From contig CM119373.1 in NCBI GenBank assembly GCA_051294905.1, positions 12,028,001 to 12,092,000 on the forward strand: a stretch of DNA of 64,000 bases. Reading direction: 5' to 3'. Source of the stretch: Botryllus schlosseri. Its lineage: Eukaryota. Positions 24,701 to 39,700 of this stretch are shown here, piece by piece. The stretch's first letter is position 1; every line of letters starts with the position of its first letter. Under the pieces are notes generated by a model, which saw only the letters and a list, made by a program, of their open reading frames with translations, was not told the origin of the DNA and searched no databases. Position numbers and translations under genes: made by a program.

Positions 24701-27700
24701 GTTTAGAGATGTTTTGTTGGGGATTGTTGAAAAAAATGGATGAGAAAAGTCAATCTTCGAAATATTTACAAAAATCCATTTTCTCCTGTGATATACATAA
24801 CCATGTTTTCCATAATAACTTAAAGATAAGCTGCTAGATATAAATGACCAGGCTTGTCGTTATATGTTCAATGAACATTGTTCATTATAAAAAAACTGTT
24901 TGTCAATTTTGGTGGCATATTTGTTGCGATCATACCCGAATGTGTCGACGGAAGCGTTACGCGTTACTAATTCATTCGCCACCACCTATATTTGTGGAAA
25001 TGGATTTTCGGCACTCGTTCATATCAATTCGAAGGAACACGTACACGACCTACACGACCACGTATTTCAAGAAATGCAGTTGCAGAAATCGTTTTGAAAT
25101 AAAATAAGTCAACCCAATTTTTACATGAATAGTGTGGTCTTATTTTCAAGAAAAGTCATTTTCTTGCTGTTTAGCACTAAGCCTGCAGTTATCATTTGCA
25201 CGAGACGCAGATAACCATTGTACTATTATTGAGCTAAATTTGAACTGAAACTTCCGAAAGGGGTCCGCGAAGACAAAAAGGTTGAGAACCACTGGTTTAG
25301 GCAGTAAGCTATTTATTGTGTATTTCGTGTGAAGTAACACATGGATTTTACATTCATGAACATAAAGAAAAGGACAGTTTAGCGGTATCAATTACGATGA
25401 CAACTCATCAATTGTGCTACCGCAAATGAACATTCTCAAACCAAAACATTGCTCACCGCCATTTTCCGAAATGATTAGTCGCTACAACCACAAAGTATGG
25501 AAGAAACGGAACACGCAATCACATAGAATCAACAAATATAATCCAATCAAGGCAATCACCGAGTCGCTTGACTTCAATACAGGAGAAAATGTGGGCCCCA
25601 TCGGGAATAGACAACGGAAAACAAGTAACACTAATCGCGTGCTTGTCGTCACTAAAGGAACGCCCACCCGTTTCCGGTACACTGAAACGCCTGCTAATGA
25701 TTTATTCATTGCATATTACCGTTAACCGAATTCCATCACGAAAATCATTACAATTTACGTTGCAGTTAGGCGCGATGTCGATGCATGCGGCGAGATAGAA
25801 TTCTCAAGTCCAATTTCAGAACATTTGTCGTAACCAATGTCCCCTCTAAGCTGCGCACGTGCGCAAATGCGCAGTGCTGACACGATCTCTGCGCGCAGAA
25901 AGTCTAAGTTGAGCACAAAAAATCCGAAGTGATGACCTTTGTTTTTAGTTCTTACGCAGTGTTGTGCAAGGGCCTGCGCAGTGAGTCGGTGAGTGTGCGC
26001 GGACTCGTCAAAAATTAACGGGAACATTGGTCGTAACCATCGACAATGCTATCTATAGTAAAGACATCGTAATATCGAGCAAGTCCACTACACTTGAGAA
26101 AAAACGATTGGTACCTATGGCCGATCCGATGCCTATGGCTGACACCTATGGTCGATACCTATTGCTGACACCTATGGCCGATCTGATACATATGACCATG
26201 GTTTAAGCTCGATGATTCACATACTGCTGTATTGCCGTCAATACAACAGTGGGGGCAGAATTTTGCGATGACCACCGAGGTATTGTTTTTAAGCGTTTCG
26301 CCCTTATATTCGATTAGTATTAACGTCAACTTTCTGTTATCGTTATTTTCTCCCGTAAAATCGACCCCCACCACGTGAAATAGTATTCCGATAATCAAAT
26401 TGAATTTCAAGATCTGATTTATGAATAATTGTTTCCAATGACCAGTATGGTATCACGGTTATAGAAATGCAAATTGCATTTTTGTGATACACACATCGAT
26501 ACATGTAATGTGTCCCTTCGTGTCATCAAGCCATACCATACTTCAGGTCGATTAGAAAGGTCAGTAGTAGGACTTTCTCAGTAGGTAGAAAGTAGCTTGT
26601 TTCGACCTTACATGTCTTGATATACAGCTGTGGATGGCCAAAAGTATACAGAAAGAGATATCATTTTGGGAATGTACTCGCACGGAGTAAGATTTCACAA
26701 AAAAAAAATATTGCTTTTATACAACACCACTGAAAACCCAGGATATCCAATGGATCTCAATGACATCTCGCATGTCCAACCCAACAGTCTTTTCACACAG
26801 CGGTTACGTCATCGACATGACGGAATTTGATACCGGATGAAAAGTTCACAAGCACCTGCCACAGATTACAGCACATCCAGTCGAGACACTCAATAATTTA
26901 TTAGAAACCCACCGAAGGCGTGACTCAACCTTACGAAACTTATAGCAAGGTGTAGGAGAAGCGCATTTGGTAGCTGCACATTTGACGTAATCAATATGGC
27001 GAGTCGGGTACCAGCGCAGGCCCAATGCAATGCACGGAAGGCGTCTCAGACTTTGTTGGCCAAGTGTTGCTAGCTTGCTGCTAACAATACATATATCCCA
27101 ATGCAACGTATATAAAATCTTTCTAATATTTACCCCCCCAATACATTACACCACTAATGAGTGGTAGTAAATACACCATACACAATATCTTGATAGAGGA
27201 GACGAAGAGGCCACACCATTTCACGAAAAAAAGCTAATAATTACCAATTATCATGATGGGGATGATCAGTCGAGTGCATAACACGATAACCCCGACCTAT
27301 CCGAAACAAACAATCTTGCAGAGCATATATGTGCAGTTACAATTATGTTGTGGTAAAACATGATTGGTTCCGTCGCGGACGGGGCCATGAAAGTGACTGT
27401 TTGATGCTTCCTTTTTCAGACGGTAAGATGGTGTTGAAAGCATTGACTCAATTGAGACCATAAGGAAGGTTTTCAAGCCGAACTGAAGAGCTGCTACTAC
27501 GGGTTCAATTTGATATACATGTACTTGTTCATGTACGAACTATTGAAACGTGCAATTTACAGGAATTGGCACGCATCAGAAGCATGCTACACTTGTATTA
27601 TTTAGCGTTTCATTTGTCAAATCAGGTGCACGGAAGCCGGAATCTTCCAGTAGTTAATTGAAGGTGGGCTATTTTCAAAATTACAAAGTACATCTTAACG

Positions 27701-30700
27701 ACTAATGACACTACAAATAGGTGCGATGTTGGAAATTAAAAACAGTTCCCTTGATGGAGGGATATTTCGCTCAGCTACAATGACAATTTCATACGCATAT
27801 GTGATACTAACATAACATACCCTCAAAAACTACATTTTATACTTCGCAAATATAAGTGTTAGGCCTCAGGAATGAGTATATTCGCATTAAAATCCGTTAT
27901 GTAATAGTTGAAGTACGCTAACAACTTTCCTACTTGAGTAACTACTGAAGCCTGAAGGCAGGACCTACTTTACTGCGAAATATTACAATTACCAGTTACA
28001 ATACAGGCCACCTATGATCATGGTCATTCGATAACAGTCCGCTATCAAAGTATCTTGATCAGTAGAATATCAAACAACCCATAGCTACAGCACGCAAGAT
28101 TGTCAATCCTACATCCGTCTTCACAGCCCTACGATATTCAAGGGTATTGACACGCGCAGATATAAAATTTGATATAATCTACGAATAGCATTCCAAGCCA
28201 TTAAATGAGACGTATTATGCCAGGACAAACACAATTCGCGAAACGATTCGGCCCAGTTTGTACGGCGTTGGGAGATAAAATCAGACGAGAAAGGTTGTGA
28301 CTCGAAGAGGAGATCATGATTTAATGGATATAAATAGTGCGCAAATACGTGTAAACATTTTTATATTCTGACATGGCGAACAGTATTGATCTATTGACAT
28401 CTACCGGGAAGGGCAAATAGAAGCGTCTCGATCAATCACGCTCCCACCAAGAATATGTGCCGTAGCTGACAAGCTGCTGTCACACTGAGATTTATGATCT
28501 TAATTTTCTTTTATATATCTACTCGGGATCCACGAAAATAATAGACGAGAATTTTGGGATTATTATTTAATCTTTATAAATTGATTAAGTGATATGCATA
28601 CAAACTGTTAATCGGGCGAATATTGTGTTGAAAATGGACAACAGGTCATGCTAAAGTCTTCGGAATCACCCTGTCAACTTTACATTTCATTTTGATCAAA
28701 TTCCAAACAGTTGGAATTAGACAAAATTCCTAAGCATTTGCGTTTGACAAGACCGAGATTTTATTGCTGATACAAAATGCACGTACGATATGTATCATGT
28801 ATCCACACTATAGGATTTGATTTCACCATCCTAATCCGACACCTAATCTCGCGGTTTCATATCAGGCAATCCAATCAGCGCATTGACAAACAATGTCTAT
28901 TTTATAGCTTTTCCGAATTAGATTTGATATGGAATTACACCTATAAAGGTTTTTTTCAAATTAATGTAGAATTAGAATTATAGCTTCACATTTAATTGAA
29001 GGAATATTGGAGGAATATTGAAGTTCTGTACCTCCAAGACGCTGTTCTGCTTCACATTTATTTCCAAATCAGATTTATAGTAAACTTAGAGCTGCACGTT
29101 TTTTTCCAAATGAGATTAGAACTAGAATTACGGATTTCGGGAAAACTTGCACATTAAATCATTTCGCGCCAATTGGTGTAATTACCGTTATCTAGTTTTC
29201 CAGGTCTGATTGTCATCTTACATAACCAACTCGTGTATAAATACTGCGAATGTCCATTGTGCAACTGATTCCAAATAATACCCGTAGCATTTCATATGGA
29301 AGGCGATTGCATCGATATTATTTTGCAAAATTACTAACTGATGCTGCTGATTTACGCCGCGATTAGCGACTTTGGAGCGTAATACGAGACTAGTCGATTG
29401 CCGGAATACTTACCGTGAAATATGAGTTACTGACATATCGCCCTAGAAGCCAATGCTATACGTTTGGCTATCTCAGCAAATATTGGAAGATAGTGATCAG
29501 ATCGCATATATCCGTCAATTACTATTGATTTGCGTAGTTCTTTGTACGCCGTAACGATCGCATCAGTTCAGATGCTAATCCAAATACACATTCCAGCCTC
29601 GGTATAGTCACGTCCATTACGGCGGGAATAAATCGATGACATGAATTAATATTGATAGAAACGTGACCGATAATAACTGTCCCGTGTGGTATCATTGTTC
29701 AATCGTAAATCCGTCGTCGTAAAGTGTTATTGGGCAGCGTCGGAGGAATGACGATGAAATGCAGGTTACGCGTTCTAAACTACACCCAATATAGTTTCTA
29801 ACGAAAATCGCATAAACGATGATAGTACGTTGCACAGTCTCTTCATCAATTTGGGCGAAATTTAAATTCTGACATTGTCACAGCAACGTAATGGCATCGT
29901 TATCAAAAGCTTACCGCCCTTGCACAATGTCGTTCTGCATGGCTACGACCTGGTTCGAGCACGCTTCCTTACATAGCAAAGTCGCATTTGAAGTACTGAT
30001 CATTTGTCACCTACAATTCATGTCAGATAACCACCCTATGAAGCTGTCATGTCCTGTGTATAAGAAATGCCAGTTTCAAGGACATTGTTTAGGCAAGCAC
30101 ACAACTTCGTTATGAGTGCTCACTACTGAGTGCCAATGCTCGATTGCTCATGCTCACTCAGCGAGTGACAGTGAACAGTGTTAATTGGTTTCCATTCAAC
30201 TACATCTTCCACAATATCATTGCCAAACATCGACAAGGCTATTTTAATTTCATACAATGTCAAGGCGTCGCGTGTCCGCAGCCCTAGAAGTGTGGTTGAG
30301 ATTCCAAACCAGACATAAACACAAAGCAACAGAGAAGGACGCGGGCCTACGAAAACTAGGTAAGCCCATTTGTTGGCAGTCGAGCGCATCTCTCTTTATC
30401 AACAACATGGGAAGGTCTGTGTAAGCAACCGTCAAAATTGACAGAGTGATGAAACGTGAACACTGGGGACAATGTTTGTCGCGGCGAATAATAATTGAGG
30501 GACAAGCTATTTCGGGGGATATGTCATCGGCTTCATTGTGGCGTGTGGATCGGGGTATTATAACCGGCTCCGATTGGTCTCGGTAAATCTGCAGCTTATA
30601 TGAAGTCACAGTACCTACTGATGGATATGCCTAATGTGGTGTCATAACTCAACAGTAATACTGACATTGAAGTTGTCAGGGACTGTTCTCGGATGTCAAA

Positions 30701-33700
30701 GGATAACGCGATTAAGAGGTGGTCAGTAACGAAGTACTTACACATTTCGGAGTATGCAAGTAGATTCTGCCTACCTGTACTAGGTACTCAATGGCTTGTT
30801 TTGGACTACTTCCGCCAGGTTGTAATGGCCCGAGTCACAATTTCTTGGTGACACTATGCCTCGGACTCGGCCCTCTACTCACTGACTTGGACTCGGACTT
30901 GACTCGGCGGTGAAGTGAAAATGACTCGATTCGACTCTCGAGTCAAAACTATAAAAGTGAGATTGAGTCGCCACTCAGAATCTTGTAACTTGATTACTAC
31001 CCTGACTTCCGCTTCCACAGTTTTTGAGCAAAGCTAATTACTTACTTTCGATCAAAGCGACCACGTCTTGAAATAACCCATTATTACAGTAAACGAATAT
31101 ACGTGAGACATTTTTTTGGGTCATCAGACATTTTGCATTAGTCGCGATGCGATTTCGAATATAACCTCATACGACACGATGCAACTGCTAAATGTATGCG
31201 TTCCTCGAAATTACTTGAATAATGTTCGACCTTTCCGTAAGTGGTCTTGACAAGTCTTTGAAATGACTTACTTGTGAAATTGAGTGAAAAACTACTTCTA
31301 CTTCTACTTGAGTAGCAGCGCTGAGTACTTTGACCACATCTGGTGACTACAACTTCGAGACAGAAATATGAGGTCAATTGCATTCCCAAATATGTGATCA
31401 TAAACAGTCTGCTGGTTTCGGGATTGTCGTGTGAACTTGAAGACCTGCCATACCTATACCGATATTGAAGATCATGTATTAGAGTTGCCACGCGTGTAGT
31501 AATCAAAGGCACGAAAAATTTACAGTTTTTACGAGTTTCCGGATATGGGCAATAGGATAACTAATCCACAATATAATATAGGAATCGGGGAAGAGACCGC
31601 CCCAAGCATCGTAGACAAAGGTTAGTTGCACACAAGTGCCTACTTCAACAGAACGAATAGGCTGATACACCGTAACATAGGGATTGTAAAACCAAACTAT
31701 TTTCTGGAGTCAAGTCAGTACAGTTTTGCAAACGAAAACACGACCGTGCGAATATCAAGTCTTCGGGTCAAGGGCTACTAAACGTGTTACGGGTTAAACA
31801 AGAAAACAGGAGAATTGTTGCTAATGTTTTGGCTTCTTATTGTCAACCATAACAAATACTACTGCTATCAATCGAATCGAAATTTATCAACGAGTTCGAT
31901 AAGATCAGAAAGTCAACTACGATCCCACGCAGAAAGTTGAAATTGAAATTATCGCCATATTTGGCATTTGACCTACATTCACTATACAACGAAAACGATG
32001 TACAACGGACGGATTTCGACAAGATTCAATCAGAAGCGGTATAGGAAGTCTATATTTCCACAGTCCGCACCCAGATTATAATCTCAAGCTGAAGACTACG
32101 GTATCTTCCGTTTAGACAAAGCGGCATAAATCCAAAACCATCGAACGGTGACGAATAGACAACTCTATGAAACAACTAGTAATTTTACGTGGGCACAATG
32201 TCCAGTCATATCCGGATATACGGATATGCCAAAGAATTCGAACATCGTCGACACATCGTATGAATTGATAAGTATGCTTTCACGCTCCGTGTGATATGAA
32301 GCTATTTAGTCAACAATGGAATCACGGTTTAAGATATTGGGGTATTTCGGTATTTACACTATTGGTCATTTGTAATCGCACGCGATGGAGATGAATTTGC
32401 CAAGCGTAGACGCTGTAAGATGCAAGGCGTCTTGTCGGTTATAAATTGTCTGTCCCTTCACCAATTTCCAAAGTAAGAATCTTACTAGAGCAAATGATCT
32501 ATCTAGTTTCTGGTTAAACCTGGTGCATGCCATGGTGACAAAATTACTGTTTAAAAAGTAGTGAAATTGTTAAGCTATCAATTGATGGCAGCGCAGTATT
32601 GACCTGTATACCAAGTGCATTGTATCATTGTGCTATAATATCATTTACATAATCTGCTTGTTAATATGCGTCGTTTTAGGTTACACCTGCATCTAATGTA
32701 CGCCGGGCATCCACATCGGGAGCAAATGTGGTCCCTCGTTCTTTAGATTTTTGTGTGTTGCGCGTTTAGACGTCACGGCAACGTTGAAACGCCTTTTGAC
32801 AATTCAAAACGTAAAAAATCTTCGCCACTGCCATGATGCCAGGCCATTTTTCCCTAATCTTACACTGTGTTTATGAAGGATATTATAAATCATCGAAACA
32901 GTCACTGACAACTAAAGGGGGTCGGGTGGGTATCTATTCCTTTACTGGCATTGACAAGCAGGCAAAACACAGTAAACATTCTGGGTGACAGTAACGTATT
33001 TATGAGTTGATACCTTGAGTTAAACGCAATTAGGTCAAATATGCCTCGCAAAACGCCCGACCACCAAAGACAGCAAAGAAATAAACCAAGGCAAAGAAAT
33101 TCCAGCAATCGCGACCGTGCCCAACAGAATCCTCCCGCCTATTTAGAAGTTACCGAGTTTAATGATCGGTTCATTAGCCGCAGTCGATGTGGCACAGGTA
33201 GATGGGGCGGTGTCATTAAACTTGACGACTGCACTCTGATAAATGCGCTCGGACTCCCTCGTGACGAAGTGGATAAAGTTTATTGTCCGCCTTCCAAGCT
33301 TGACGATCATTGATACGCGTAAAGCCACAGGAAAATCCGAGAAATGATTGATTTAAACGCACATCTTTGACCCGACTCACGGATCAGCGACCAGGCCTTA
33401 CCTACTTGCCGAATATAGAAAGGGGATATAATTTCTAGTATAAAGGTTAGTAAACCGTTGGCGGTGGCGTGCGGTTTGCCTATCAAATTACTCAGGGGTA
33501 AATAACTGTACACGGGTACAATATATCTGTTATCGCTTGCACTGTGTGTGTGTGACCCATTTCGACTCGGCTCGGATTTCATCTGTCTTGTTTGCATTAC
33601 CATGTAATGCCTCATACCCAAACTGACAGACGACGATGGACCAACGTTGGATAGTTTGGCGTTAACGGTTCATTTCATATTCGCGAAGACAGTATCTACG

Positions 33701-36700
33701 GAACCGCACTGTGTGCAGATTTGCCAATTACGTATCGGTAATTACTGCTAAGTGGGGGAAGATATGGAAAAAGGGAACGATACACCGGGCGAAATCGTGA
33801 TAAGGAACAATGAACGCAAATACAGCAATCTTCTGCTGCAAGATTTTGGAAAACAGGCCCAGGTCGTGAACTACACGACGTGTTTTCGCAGCAATCTGAT
33901 AAATGAATACAAAATACAATGATGTAATCAAGTTTTCGGCAACTTCTGGTCCGCGGAGAAGTTTGTTAATGGTCCGCGAAAAGTTCTTGCAAGCTAAGTA
34001 CAGGTTCAGAGATATAGTCGTGAGGATCACTGATAAAACTTTGATTATATCAAGGAAATCTCTTCTATCGAAACAAGTGTTTTACTGCCATACTTATAGG
34101 TAGCCTTAGATGCCCTTATTGCATATGAGCTGCAGTCAATGTCACATTTGTGTATTTGAAGACTGATCCGCGTGAAGAAATGCCAGACCGCACAGCGAAA
34201 AAGGTTGCCGACACTGGATTGTCATCAATTATGGGTGATTTAAAACAGCACGATATGACATGTGATGTACTAAATATATTGCATTCCGCTGTCCGTCCAC
34301 GTAATGATGAAGTAGGCCTAAATAATAACTGATAAATGCGGAATAAAGTTTTGTATTATGACGCAAAAATCGCGATGACGCAAGGGTTCGAACCCACCCA
34401 AACGCAATTGTAATATAATTAGTATGCTAAAGAAGAAACTGTAATGTCCTACTGGTCGTTTCACCTTTCCCAAAATGGAAACAGTACTAAATCTAATCCT
34501 TTTGGGATCATGAGGCCTTGGAAAGATAACGGTTGGAATTAAATATATAGCAAATACAACAACGTGTTTAATCATATCGTCCAGATTCAAGTAGACGGGG
34601 ACTTATTCATTCATATGCTGCTGGGATCTCCCTACATTCTCTGCAGAACCGTTTGTTTAGAATAATTCCAACGGGATGATCATCTCATTTTGGAAGTAGG
34701 CCAAAATTAATGTAGATCATTACATAGCTAGCTCTCCTACGTCGTCATAATAGGTTAATTCACACTCAAAAGTGTGATCCATATTTCCGACTGTTTATTC
34801 ACATCTGCTTTGGCGGTTAAGTGTGTTTGCGTTATCGCCTCCCGCCGCGTGCTTCCATAAGACTTCAAATATTATTTGCACTGGAATAACGCCATTAAAC
34901 TTACCGAAGTTAGGACAACAACACTTGGTTGGCTTCCGGACCTACTATTATATCCTGTAGCAACGTCAGTTACACGAGTGATGTGCTTATATAAATGCAC
35001 GATTTGAATTAAGCTTGTCACATAAGCACATTAGTTAGGCCTCGACCGGAATAATTTGTATGTCATCGCAACTATACAGCGTAAAATCGATGCGCTACAG
35101 TGAATCCCCGAGTACCCAGAATGGCATCGCCCGAATAATTGACAATACAAGATAATCTGGTGTATAATTGCACGATGATTTAGGTTCTATTATAGTCCTA
35201 ATGTCAGAACTAGACTACTAAATGCGACCTCGATTTGTGAAATCTCTTGGCGATGATTCGAATGCATCCATCCATGCATGCATACAGGCAACGAGATTTG
35301 TCACGGTTGAATTACCATTGGTCGCATGGCAACCACTCTCAAGGTACCGGAATAAATGAGCTGGCGAAATGAAACTCAAGGGTTTGTTTAGGCAAGCTGG
35401 CCAATTATTGGTAATGGTTATAGGCGCTGAACAAAATCGTCCTTCAAAGCGAGTTGTTTTACTTGTTTAGTAAATTTAATTACAGCAGTACACATGGAAT
35501 CTGGTACGCTTAACGACTTAACTGAAATCTTGGTATAATACGCCCAGCTGCTGTTCAGATATCCGTCAATAGCATTGTTGCTAACTAGCCCGAGGAATCA
35601 TTTAATATTCGATTTATAGGATATTGAATCCCGCGAGATTTTTATGCAATGTCCGCGTGGAATATTTATCGAGTGTCGAAAGGCGAACAATGGGCTGAAG
35701 AATTCGCTTGACGTCGGAGCTTGCGTCAAATACAGCTGGATATAATATAATTGGAACTGTCAGCGATTTTGTACTAGTTTTCACTGTTCAGTGTGTGTTC
35801 AGTTTAGCAATCCTTCTTTGGTCGTAATCGAATGCAATTCAAATTGCCAACACTTTAAAAGGCGTCCGCTCTCCGAACATGCCCGCAAACTTACATAACC
35901 GTTTCGCGAACAATCATAACAAGACCATTGTTCGGTGACATAGATTTACTGGATTGGCACTACTCTGCGCATTGTCCCATCACACACCGCGTTACACAAA
36001 CGATTACTAAAGCTGGTTATCAGTCACCGTTACCTCGGACGAATATTAACTTACCACAAAAGGCAAGTTGGACAATACTACACGTACGATTGAACCGCAT
36101 AGCACGCCATTCCAGTAATGTACACCGGCCATTACTGGGAAGGTCCTACGCATAGCAAGCAATGTTCACATGGTTCGGAAATCGGATGTATGTTATGATG
36201 AAGGAATGATCGGAATTTGCAGGAAACGAGACACCTCTATTGAATCCGAACTAAAACATGTCGGATGAGTGTGTTTTATATAAACACGGTACCGGTTCCT
36301 AGAACACAGTAGCTCTTCTGGACCGGTCTCCAAGACAGCCAACGCATTTTCGTATATAAACAGTGACGTGTTACCTATGGCGTAGTGCCCCACTGAATAT
36401 TCAATAATTCATTACTGTTATCTTAAGATGTGTAGATGTTTCAAACCACAAATTCGATGTTTAAATCTTTCTACGCAACCCCGATTATTCACACAGTTGT
36501 GAAACCGGTGTATACGAGGATGATGATGGTACAATCAGTCTTTCACCTGTCACACCGAGTACCATTACAATGGGTCGTCCGTCATGAACGAAGCTGGTAA
36601 TCTCTCGGCTAATAGCTGGTTGCAAAGATAAACGTCGTATGGACGGCAATAAACATCTCGTTACCGGCGATCCCAAGTCTCAGGACAAGTGAGACAGACG

Positions 36701-39700
36701 CCAGACAGTGATTAATATGATTTGGAAGACATCGTGTGCTATCCTGACACACAGTCATTTGAGCGTAGCAACAATGATAAACGATAATAAACTAGCACCA
36801 CACGCGAACAACAATGGGGCACTCAATTACACGAGTGTTAATTGGGAATTGGTCGACTGTGAACACTCGGTTCACAGTGTCCTACATCAAAATATATCCA
36901 TTGTTACAGTTTTAAAGCGATAGTGCACTTGTAGCGCAGTCAGCACGAATCCACGCTACGCAATCTTAGCGGCGGATTTGCGAATGTCTGATAAAGGCAA
37001 TGCGAAGGGCATATATGTGTTGGCTGACGTTCGAACCCACTATAAATGATGTAGAAGCGCTTCGGCAATGTCCGGACCCTACCATTTCTTTCTTCCAATA
37101 ACGAGAGGATTTATTATTTTGAAATCCTATAATAGCTCATTGAAAAGTCGCAACATGTACAAATCCGAATCTACTTTATAGAAATTTTAGAAGGCTGGTT
37201 TGGACAACATGAATTCTGGAAAGGTCAATGAAAAACAGAATCTGCGGTTTGTATTTTAACTTCCGATTTCAGTAGAGCCGGGTCGCACTGTCGCATACCG
37301 GAGTGCAGAGCGTGGAAGTACGTATGTGACAGTTCTATCTAGTTTCAGATTGCGTTTTCACAGTTTTATGTCTGCATGCTGAAGAACTAGCAGCATCACC
37401 TATTGCAGTTCGAGACACTTGAAAAAATTCCATTGCAAGTCATCTTGGGCAATGTAGCTCCAAGAAGTCGCGCAATGGAAGTTCGATACAGATATTCGAC
37501 ACCACACAGCACCTGCCCTGGCGTCTGTTACTCTATTTCGCCTTCTTGCGTTTCCATGACGGTGCAACATTCGTAAAACGACTGAAACTATATATCGAAC
37601 AAATAGGGCTCATCATTATGCAGGTCTTACAAAAATCGGAACACAGCAGGTCCTTACGTTTGAATCAACGACAGTGATGTTAATGTCGCATGCCTGCAAT
37701 CAATACAATGTCGCGACTGCCTTTGAATGGTAAATTGGTAACGCTACCGGCGTGAGACAGGGCTTATTATTGTGAGAACGTGGTGAGAACAAGCCAATCA
37801 TTTCATATCTGTATTATGGCTTAATGGTGTTGCCATGCTACAGCAAGTCATAGACTGGTTGCAACTGTTTGTAAATCATCATTGGGATATATTCACACGC
37901 TGTGTTGCAGAGACTATAATCGTTAATCGATACCAAAAATACCAAAATAAATCTAGTAATAACAAAATAATCAAAATAATCGACGCTCCCAATACTTGTA
38001 ACTAGGGCTGGGCACAATGATTCGAGTACTCGAATCTGAATCGAGTATTAATTTTAATGATTCGAGTCGAGTAGTAAAAGACGATTTTTTCGAGTACTGA
38101 AATTATACGCTCCTCGCCACTGAAAGTTAATTTATTAACGAGAATTATAGTTTCGATACTAATTTTCACAGTTGAAGCCTTGAAAACCTGACTGGCCGTA
38201 TCATAGCATACGAAACATATCGTACAGAGTACAAACATTACTGGAAATGGCACATTTCCGAGGTCATGATCATCCCACAACATCGTAACCAAGTGCAATG
38301 AAATCGGTATGGCCGAACAAATACCAAAGTATCTTTAATGCAGTGGCGGCTCGTGACAATATCGGGTGGTGGGGCAAGGGCTGCAAGCGACTTTTATCAA
38401 GATGACGTCACAATGGCGTTTTCCAACGTAAACAAGTAACTTAATGATAGTACGGTAACATGAATTTCCCGGCAACAGTGATTTTAACGTATGTGCCACG
38501 AGAGGTCTGCTGGTGAGCTGTGACTTGAAGTGTGGTAACTGCGTAAACGGCGTACGGAACAAAGATTCAACACGGTTCATGTTCGCATTAGACCTGACTA
38601 ATTATCTGCAGAATTGGAAATGACTATAACTCGAGAGATAGCGTAAGCCTAATTGGAAAGGTCAACGAATTCGGACAGATACGCAATTGTTATCTCATAG
38701 ATTGGGCCTGTCTTATTGAATCCAAAACATCATTCTAAAGAACTAAGAATAGCAGCCTCGGAAATTTGGTCTCGGTAGTCGGTACAGCATAAGAGATTTT
38801 GGTCTTGAAACTGGAGACTGTAACACGACACATACGTTTTTATTACTGTCTTATAGGTCTGCTGCGAAATGGCCTTTGGAAAATATATTACCGAATAAAT
38901 ACGTGGATGAAAGCCTTAAACTTGGTACACTGTTACATGACATTATCGAGAAGTGGCCTCATGGCCCTTTTCGGTATGGTACACTGTCAAAATTAATGCG
39001 AACAGACCAACACCGAATTTTGCGTAAAATTTACTGAGGAATAGGCTGATCAAGTGATCAGCTGTTAGCCGCCATCGAAAACGAAATAACTATCGCGCTT
39101 GACAGGGGGTTGTAAGCAAATGGCTTGAAGGCCACAATTTCACGGTGAAATTGACATTGGAGAATATAATATCAAAGTAAATATTTGAATGCAAACTGAG
39201 AATGATATCATCATCTCAGTTAACGTTACCGCAGATACACCGGCTTTTGCGTGAAATCCGCAATGTGTTGTAGGCTAAAGTGTCAGATCGAAGCACATCT
39301 TTACCACACTCGACCTTGATAACGAAATTACTGCCCTAATCATTGAGTGTCAACCTTGAGACTTGGCACAGCGTTCGATACTAAAATCAAGACATACCGT
39401 GCAAAAGCTTATGACGGATCTAGGTAAGGAGCATCGTTAAAATCAATAGAGACCAATACCGGCTTTGCGTATAATCTGTTAGCGATAAATGACTAGTCAG
39501 CTCTCACTCGAATTAGGAAACCAAATTACCACTAACACAGTTCAGTGACAAACTTAAAACTTGGTACAGCGTTCGATACTAACATTAAGACTTACCGTGC
39601 CAAATGTCATAACCGATCTCGGTATTGAACATCGTCAAAACCAATGGATACCAATACCGGCTTTTGAGTAAAATCTGTTTGCGATACATGACGGATCAGC

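Noticed and set aside
30257-30359. Plus-strand ATG exon with a strong GTAAGC donor (MSRRRVSAALEVW...)
   Set aside because: No recognisable domain or linked downstream exon; consistent with chance.
34384-34395. GGGTTCGAACCC tRNA T-loop / B-box motif
   Set aside because: No A-box or cloverleaf around it on either strand.
36485-36676. IVMVLGVTG resembling the start of a P-loop
   Set aside because: No GK(S/T) even with a simple frameshift; no other GTPase motifs.
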